NCBI GenBank assembly: GCA_002104905.1
Contig: MCFE01000578.1
Location: forward strand, 1 to 56,598
DNA: 56,598 nt
DNA from: Basidiobolus meristosporus CBS 931.73
Lineage: Eukaryota > Fungi > Basidiobolomycota
Direction of reading: 5' to 3'
The notes under the pieces were generated by a model that was not told the DNA's origin, ran no database searches, and saw only the letters and a program-made list of their open reading frames with translations. Numbering within the stretch: position 1 is the stretch's first letter; each line of letters begins with the position of its first letter. Positions 48,688 through 56,598 of this stretch are shown in pieces. Position numbers and translations under genes: made by a program.

Positions 48688-49863
48688 ATGTGGGAAACCC
48701 AAGATATTACTTATATCAAAGTTTAGTGGTCATTAGTTTACAATGATTGGATTTAGATTGCTAAGAAACGTCTTGTATTATCTGAATTATAACAAATCTT
48801 AGCAACTCAACACATGCACATCATCTTCTCCTAATTTGTTTTTGCACAGGGATTACTACTGAAGCATTTGGAAGTATTCCATCTTGCACACCTAAATCAC
48901 TTCCTTGTTGACTATCATCTTGCCACTGGTGTACTTGTAGCCAGCATTGTGCATCCTGGTTGATGAGTGAAGTGCTGTGGCTAGGCTGTGCTCAATTGCA
49001 CTATACAATGCTACAGAACCAGCATGGAGTGCCATGCACTGACACATTCTTTTAGATTCCAAAGGCTTCTGCAGTTCTGGTACTTGCAGTGGGTGTTCAT
49101 CAATCTGCACACCAGATGTAACATGCTGATTGCTGGATGTAACAGCACCTGCAGGTGTATCATTACCTGTGGGTACAGCCCTTAGTTGAGTCCCATATGA
49201 CACTATATGCTTATGTAAATTGGCGTACTTGAGTAATCTTGTGTCTCATTGAGCAGTTTGGTAAGTATGATAGCTTTGTTCTGAACCATGCATGCTGACT
49301 TGATGCTCAGCACTCTTGTGAAGGAGGTTGGCTTAGATCAGGTTGGCATGTGCTGGCATGCAGATGTAGCAATGCTTGGTAAAAACTGCAATGAAGCATG
49401 CTGTTGCAAGCTTGATGCAGTGGTCTGTAGCCTGAATTCTTTCTCTTGAAGCTCACCTTGTGATTCTTCAAGGTATTCACTTACCACTTGTCTGATTCTT
49501 TGTAACTGTTTGCCTTGAAGAGTCCAGGGTATATTGCACTTGGAAACCACTGAGCTCTACTAATGTATCTCAGAGTACACTAGTTATTTGTGGTAACTGC
49601 TTGCTCAAAACTTCCTTGGTTTCCAAAGTTGCAAGAAGTATCTACTAAGAGAAATGTGTCAGGAGTATTATGAAGTACAAGTAAAGCAAGGAAACCACTG
49701 TTCAGAGCAATATAAGTAACATTGAGCAAAAATACCAGTAGTTGTATCCTACCACTGGCATCATGGTAGAGATTATAGTGCTGAATAGTGCTGTAAGGTG
49801 CTAGATTGATCCAGTACTATACAATGGTTGGCACTATGTGGCACTATCCAACAAAACAAGTCC
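48688..49863 (+). mobile_element. Old, CpG-purged, internally deleted copy of the PHIS element
   Basis: Colinear with ~7820-8775, then jumps to ~10390-10622; right TIR aaaacaagtcc followed by AAT. Confidence 0.85.
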
Positions 49864-49869
49864 AATGTA

Positions 49870-50573
49870 GTATGAGAAAGCATCATAGGAAAACTGAACT
49901 CATATCAGCAAGTCATACTATCTCATGGTGCTCAACCTATCAGTAATACCCTGCTTCAAAAAGCTTATGCAGTCCAGCAAATATTCTGAAGTGAATCCAT
50001 CAGCAAATCCTTCTGGCAATTGAATCTCATCAATCTGAATCTGCAACCAATTCTAGAATCTCAGTGAAGAATTTAATTGTAGTCTCATTGATACCTTGGC
50101 CAAAAATACCATTCATTCTAGCTTACTACCTATATATACTGTTGGGCAACTTTTGTATGCTGTCTACTGCAATACCAGCATGAGACTATCATGTCAAGGC
50201 ATATATTGTTATCTGTACTAGAGATACCTTAGCAATATGCAATAATGTGTACTTCTCTTGTTACAATGAACAGTAGCTCTGTAGAATGTGTGAGATTCAG
50301 AGGATGTACTCCATAACTCTCATTTACTATTAATATGTAACCACCAACACTAAGAGCATCATACATCCATTGAGAAATTGCACAGAAGTCAGTATTAATG
50401 ACTTTACAATATATGGGACAATCAAGCTAAGTCAACACTATAATATGCCAGAGGGACTTTCAGGAATTTGCAAGATGTTGCAGAATATCTCTTACCCCAA
50501 ATGCTCTCACAAGCCAAATAAACTCTCATATTAATGGGCAATAATAAAGATGTGAATATTAGATGTAATGGTT
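49870..50573 (-). pseudogene. Possible very degenerate integrase remnant (host of the Copia-2 insertion)
   Basis: Weak broken fragments with integrase-like spacing; cannot be confirmed by eye. Confidence 0.25.
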
Positions 50574-50578
50574 AGTTA

Positions 50579-50927
50579 TGTTGTAAGAGTCTTGGAGATA
50601 TTGGAAGTAATTGGGAGAACAAGTACATTATGTGGTTTTTACTTAATGATTTATTGAATGTAAAAATAGTATTCATACTTTTACCTGATCTTGGCATTAC
50701 AAACACATAGAATAGGTTAAGGAAGGTCCCAAGAACATGTGTGCAAAGTTTGGGGCTGTTTGGACAACTCTAAGAATTTTCATGTTCTGGGTACCTGGTA
50801 TTTTGGTGAAAATATTCTAAGTAAATCCCAACAAGGAATTTGGTCAGTATTCTCTAGGATTTGAAGGTGATGATCTAAGTGACTAAGTTAGGTGAATATT
50901 TAGGTGGAAATACAAATTTTTACAACA
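50579..50927 (-). repeat. 3' LTR, Copia-2
   Basis: tgttgtaag...tttacaaca. Confidence 0.95.
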
Positions 50928-50938
50928 CTCCCACTCAG

Positions 50939-53900
50939 CTAAATGTTCATGCTGACTAGTCCTAATTTTGACCTAAGATATTCAAACTTGTCTCTAGCTA
51001 ATGGTATGATAAATATGTCCGCAATCATTTCATCTGTAGGACAGTATACTAAGCTAACTAAGTTATTCTCTATAGCTTCACATATGAAATGATGTCTAAT
51101 ATCTATGTGCTTGGTTCTAGCATGAAAAGTTGGATTTCTACCTAATTGTATACATCCTCAATTATCTTGAAATAAAGTAATAGGCATTTTTTGACATGGG
51201 CCTAAATCTGTAAACAGCTTTCTTAACCACATTGCTTCTTTTGTAGCTTCACAGGCTGCCATATATTCTGCCTCTGTGGTGGAAAGTGCTACGGTTGGTT
51301 GCTTTCTTGAATTCCATGATATTGCTCCTTTACAGTAAAGAAAGGTGTATCCTGAGGTGGATCTTCTGTCTTCTAAATTTTGTCCCCAATCAGCATCAGA
51401 GTATCCCACAAGATCCTGTTCTGAATCCTTATAAGTGTATCTTAAGCAGATATCAGCAGTTCCTTTTAGGTATCTAAAAATCTGCTTAACTGCTGCAATA
51501 TGATCAGATCCATAGTTCTGATTATGTTGGCTTACAACTCCCACTGAATATGAGATATCTGAAAGTGTTCCAAGCAATATATACAACAGACTGCCGACCA
51601 TAGATTGATAAGGAAAGTCAGGGCTTTTAGATGGCACCAAGCTCTCTTGATTTGGTTGAGTTTTGACCAAGTTAAGGTTTGCCTCCATTGGGGTAGCTGC
51701 TGGTTTACAGTCTTCCATTTTGTACTGCTTTAGTGTATCTTGAATATACTTGGATTGGCTTAGGGTAATAGCCTGGATACTTCTGTCTATGGAGAACTTA
51801 ATCCCTAAGTAGTAACTAAGTTCTCCTAGATTGGACATCTTGAACTCCTTAGATAGGCTGGATTTAGTCTCTTTCATTGTTTCTAGATTATTGGCGGCTA
51901 TAATAAGATCATCCACATATAGAGCTAATAGAACTGGATTTGCTCTATCTGGCTTATAATATATACTATAGTCAGCATTACCCCTTTTGAAACTCAAAGA
52001 TTCCAAATAAGAATCTATCTTGCAATTCCAGGCTCTTGGTGATTGTTTGAGACCATATAGTGACTTTTTAAGCTTGCAGACCAAATGGGGGTTATCTTGG
52101 TCAACAAACCCATCAGGCTGGTCCATATACATGTCCTCATCAAGTTCTCCATTCAAAAATGCAGTTTTTACATCCATTTGATGAATAAAAAACTTATATT
52201 TGGCTGCAATAGCCAATATTAATCTGATGGAATTAAACTTGGCTACCGGTGCAAAGGTCTCAGTATAGTCAAGTCCTTTTGTTTGAGGGTATCCTTTGGC
52301 TACAAGTCTTGCTTTGTATTGTTCAACTGTACCATCAGCCTTGTATTTTGTCTTGAAGACCCATCTGCATCCAATTGATTTTTGGTTGATTGGTAATTTG
52401 ACTATGTCCCAAGTTTGAGTTTCCATCAGTGCCTGATATTCCTCAGTCATTGCAGATCTCCAAAACTTTGTCTGAGGGCTATTTAGGGCCTCTTTTACAG
52501 TCTGGGGTTCATCAATATGGACTGAATAGGCATAGGCTAAGTTTGTACCCTCATTGATATAGTAATTTGGGCTATTTCTTGTCTGATTTGATCTCTGGGG
52601 ATTTGATACTGGAATGATCACTTCTGGGATATTCCTGGGCACTGATTATGGCTGGACCATGGTTGTAGAGTTCTCTGGAGTGAAAAAATCTTCATTGTTT
52701 TGCTCTGATTTAATCCTGACAATTGGAGGACTTGAGATCAAATTTTTGTCATCATCTGATGTCATTTTTTGTGAAAATTTTGAATTTTCATCAAACAACA
52801 CATCCCTGGACCTGACCAGCTTCTTTGCTTTGGTATTGTAGAGTCTGTATGCCTTACTCTCATTGCAGTAGCCCAAAAACATGCATTTTACACTTTTTGG
52901 CTCAAATTTTGACTGATTTCCGGCCAGTTTTTTGGCATATGTTGTGCACCCAAATATTCTTAGATGTTCTGCACTTGGTCTGTATCCATACCATGCTTCA
53001 AATGGAGTAGAATCACAAAGTATTCTGTTATAACTCCTATTTTTAAGGTATACAGCAGTGGCAACCGAATCCACCCAAAAATCATAGGATAATTTTTGAT
53101 CATGGATCATAGATCTTGCCATATCAATTACTGATCTGTTAGCTTGTTCTGCTACTCCATTTTGCTGTGGGGAATATGGTACAGTAGTCTCTTGCTTTAT
53201 CCCATGAATTTTGCAGAAGTGAATGAAGAGTTTTGATGTATATTCTCCACCGTTGTCAGAGAGTATTTTCTTGATTTTTTCACCAGTTTCTCTCTCCACC
53301 ATGACTTTAAACTCCCTGAACTTAGACAGAGCTTCTTCCTTTCTCTCCATGAAGTAGACCCATGTGTATCTTGTATAATCATCAATAAAAGTGATTAAAT
53401 ACTTCATCCCACCTAAGGATAAATTTTGCATAGGTCCACACAGATCTGAGTGAATTAGATCTAATTTTTTCTTAGTTTTGATTAACCCAGAGCTCTTGAA
53501 CGGTTGTCTGGCTTGTTTCCCATATATTTAGGCTTCACAGTGCTCCAAATTAGCTGGGGGATCAATTTTCACTCCAGAAATTAGCTGATCTTTGATCATT
53601 TTGCGCAAATAATCAAAATTGATGTGTCCAAATCTCCTGTGCCAAAGCATTGGTGTTTCTTCATTTAAGTTACTTATATTGGCTTCCAGATATGATGGAA
53701 TATAAGTCAACTTGTATAGATTCTGATCTCTGATGCCTAAAGCAATATGAGCACCATTTTGATCAGTGATCCTGCATCCAGAATTGTCAAAACTGAAACT
53801 GAGTCCTTCTGCTGTGGCCTTGCTTACAGAGAGTAGGTTCTTGGCTATTTCTGGTACATAGAGTACTTCTTTAAAGGTCAGTGTATGGCTTCCTTCACTG

Positions 53901-54880
53901 CTTCTAAGGTTTACTTGGATAGTTCCTTCTCCCACTGCATCAAGTGTTCTATTGTCACCCATGAAAACCTTCTTAATTGGAATTTCTTGATATTGGTAAA
54001 AAGTTCTTTTTGGTGTAAAGTGTTGAGAAGCTCCAGAGTCAATATACCATGTGTGAGAATCCTTGTTTGTGGTCATATTTAGTGCAGATATGAATAGTCT
54101 ATCTTCAGTTGTTGCAGCATTTCCATATGCAGGTTTCTTTTGCTGATTATCTTTCTTTTTGAGACACTGGTCTGATGTGTGTCCTTTCCTTTTGCAGTAG
54201 TTGCAAAATAGGTTGCTGTTGCCTTTGTAGGGTCTTGGGTACCTTCTTTGTTGGTTATCATTGCTTAATAAAGCATTTTCTTCTTCCTTCTTATTGGCGC
54301 TTGATTTTCTTAATTCTTCATCCAGGAGCCTTCCATATATGTAATTTAAGGTCAAATCTTCAGTTCTGGACTCTAGGGCTGATACAAGGCCCTGAAACTT
54401 GTCTGTCAGGCTATTCAGGATGGTAACTATCACATCCTCATCAGTAGTTGGTATGCCCACAGATTCCATCTCATCTACCAGCAGGGTAATTCTGTTAATT
54501 AGATTTTTCATTTCTTCTCCTGGCAGCATCTTTGTAGTAAAGAATTTTTGTCTCAGATACATTTTCTTGGCAGCTGAACATGACTGGTAGGTGTCTTCCA
54601 ATGCTTTCCAGGCATTCTTTGCCGTTTTTGCTCTTGAGTATTGAATTAGCAATTTGTCCTTGACATTAAGGCAAATACAGTTAAAGGCACTTTGTTCTTT
54701 CTTCTAGTACTTTAAGGCTTCCTCTCCCACGTTTTTAGGAGGGCATTCTTCTCCCATGACAATATCCCAAAGGCTTCTTTCTTGTAGCAGCATCTTCATC
54801 TTCACCTTCCACACTTGGTAGTTAGATCCATCCAACTTTTCAGCAGAGGGAAAAATTCCAGTAATAGCAGTAGTAGACAT
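50939..54880 (-). pseudogene. Copia-2 Gag-Pol: one reading frame with 4 in-frame stops and a terminal frameshift
   Basis: ORFs 54704-, 53528-54652, 52646-53431, 51158-52642 share one frame. Motifs: LDGSNYQVW, CNYCKRKGHTSDQC, WYIDSGASQH, FIDDYTRYTWVY, SDNGGEY, YKARLVAKG, QMDVKTAFLNG, LYVDDLI, YSDADW. Confidence 0.95.
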
Positions 54881-54911
54881 TGCAGAGAGTGACAGCTTGG
54901 GGCTCATAACC

Positions 54912-55260
54912 TGTTGTAAGAGTCTTGGAGATATTGGAAGTGATTGGGAAAACAAGTACATTATGTGGTTTTCACTTAATGATTTATTGAATGTAAAAGT
55001 AGTATTTATACTTTTACCTGATCTTGGCATTACAAACACGTAGAATAGGTTAAGGAAGGTCCCAAGAGCATGTGTGCAAAGTTTGGGGCCGTTTGGACAA
55101 CTCTAAGAATTTTCATGTTCTGGGTACCTGGTATTTTGGTGAAAATATTCTAAGTAAATCCCAACAAGGAATTTGGTCAGTATTCTCTAGGATTTGAAGG
55201 TGATGATCTAAGTGACTAAGTTAGATGAATATTTAGGTGGAAATACAAATTTTTACAACA
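54912..55260 (-). repeat. 5' LTR, Copia-2
   Basis: Followed by TSD agtta; PBS adjacent on the internal side. Confidence 0.95.
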
Positions 55261-55361
55261 AGTTATTTGTACTAGAGGCCTTCTATGGCAATTTCTACCC
55301 TGTGTAAATTGGAAGCACTGAGAGTCACATACTGACATTGTTGGAATATTTATGCAGTAGT

Positions 55362-56217
55362 TGTCATGATCACATGACAACCATGAGCACCCATGAGCAC
55401 CCATGCCAAGTTTCAGCTTCCTGACTCAATTTCTAAGAGATTCCTTCTGGAACCTTCTACCACCTTCCAGAAAGTTCCTGACCCTTCCAAACCACTGTCA
55501 CACAATGGAACATTCCATGGAAGCTTACCATTGTATTTTTCATAGTCCAGTACTATATATGGAAATACCAGGTCACATGACTGAGTCACATGATCAGGTG
55601 ACCTAATCCACTTCCCCATCCTGTCTCAGTGCTGTGTCATCTATGTCATTTTCCCCAGCACCATTGCTGTGCCTCACCCCACAACCCCATTAGTATTAGC
55701 CAATATCTCTTGGCATCAGTATAACCAAAAAGTATATATAGTCCTATCCCCCCTTAAGTATTCCTCAGTCTGATAAACACAGGTCTTGAATAAAAAGCCT
55801 TGCCTTGAATCCTGCCTTGCCTTGATGGTCCACACCTAAGTCCTTTCCTGCCGTGCCTAGCTTTTCCTCCTGCCTTGTGTCTATTCATAACAGTTTTATC
55901 AGACTCTCCTGACTTACCTGTGGATCCCTGCCTTCTGCCCATAGTTTGAAGAAAACTTGTAAAAGGAATACTCACCGTAAGTATCACCCATCATCTTTCC
56001 CTAGTCTTGTCCTATAAAGGCAAAGATACTTTATCTTTGTAAAACTATTGGTCAAAGCTGCATTCACTTTATTACCCTGCTGGTGGAGTTTACAGTTGTT
56101 ACAGTATTGGAAGCTTTAGTACAATACTCTATCAAAGGACATTTAAACCAGTACCTTCTGAAGTGACGCTAACTTATTTAAGTTGGGGATTGTGGCTTAA
56201 TAGTTGTATTCTTGACA
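55362..56217 (+). repeat. Putative 5' LTR (856 bp) of a Gypsy element running off the window
   Basis: Inverted termini tgtcatga...tcttgaca; agtatatata and aataaa inside; 3' third homologous to the TGTGGTGG family; gag begins 82 bp downstream. Confidence 0.7.
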
Positions 56218-56298
56218 TATTAGTGGCTTTACAAACCCACAACCTAGTTTAGTATATTCCAGTATTCCTTGCAAGTTCCTCCGCCTTCCTCTGCTACC

Positions 56299-56598
56299 AT
56301 GTCTAACCTAGAGCTGAACTTTGCCCAGCTCATGGCTGCCTTTACCCAACTGCAGCAAGACCATGCAGACCTCAGAAACACTCTTGCTCAGTTCCAGAAC
56401 CAAAGTGTCCAGCAAACTAGCCATGTCCCAGTCTACCAAGAACCCAAGTATACTCCTGCTACCAAGTTCAATGGCTCTCAGAATGAATTCTGTGGCTTCA
56501 TCAACATGGTGAAGAACAATCTTGCACTCCAGCCCAACCGGTACCCCACTGACCAGGCCAAAGTTGGTTTCATCTCCAACCTGCTTACTAGTACAGCT
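56299..56598 (+). CDS. Ty3/Gypsy Gag N-terminus (partial, open to window end; not in the ORF track)
   Basis: MSNLELNFAQLMAAF..PATKFNGSQNEFCGFINMVKNNLALQPNRYPTDQAKVGFISNLLTSTA, the typical retrotransposon-gag P.KF.G..F..YPTD..KV.F..LL pattern. Confidence 0.85.
   Translation, partial: MSNLELNFAQLMAAFTQLQQDHADLRNTLAQFQNQSVQQTSHVPVYQEPKYTPATKFNGSQNEFCGFINMVKNNLALQPNRYPTDQAKVGFISNLLTSTA

Larger units (their letters stand above)
50579..55260 (-). mobile_element. Full-length Ty1/Copia LTR retrotransposon (family 2)
   Basis: 349-bp LTRs (50579-50927, 54912-55260) with 9 transitions; 5-bp TSD AGTTA; PBS GGTTATGAGCCC (54900-54911); PPT at 50928-50940. Confidence 0.96.

Noticed and set aside
55381-55405. 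ccatgagcac tandem repeat
   Set aside because: Ordinary short LTR U3 duplication.

Overview
This is a eukaryotic, heavily nested transposon graveyard; no host protein gene, rRNA, tRNA or CRISPR array is supportable. Background DNA is strongly CpG-depleted, which suggests methylated heterochromatin. A fungal host, possibly early-diverging, is an inference only. Main contents: (1) A complete but decayed CMC/CACTA DNA transposon (492-10675; CCCTATGAAAAAT termini, ATC TSD) that splits an old Ty3/Gypsy integrase. It carries a Tnp2-type transposase and a divergent uncharacterised ORF2, and many further decayed copies lie across the window. (2) Nested in it, a young 3.4-kb ISL2/PIF-Harbinger-like (PHIS) element (7206-10622; ATT TSD). 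It has an intact 294-aa DDE transposase with zero CpG, a divergent unknown ~415-aa NLS-bearing ORF, and CpG-rich ends. (3) A young full-length Ty3/Gypsy (14756-19694; 2 LTR mismatches; single 1377-aa ORF) plus a solo LTR. (4) Two full-length Ty1/Copia elements with half-tRNA-type PBS (24773-29457; 50579-55260) plus remnants. (5) A ~1-kb solo-LTR-like family inserted at GCGY sites, related to the 5' end of a Gypsy element that runs off the right edge. The best candidates for new biology are the PHIS element's partner protein and CpG/motif architecture, the CACTA ORF2, and the GCGY-targeting repeat that contains another LTR's end, PBS and leader.
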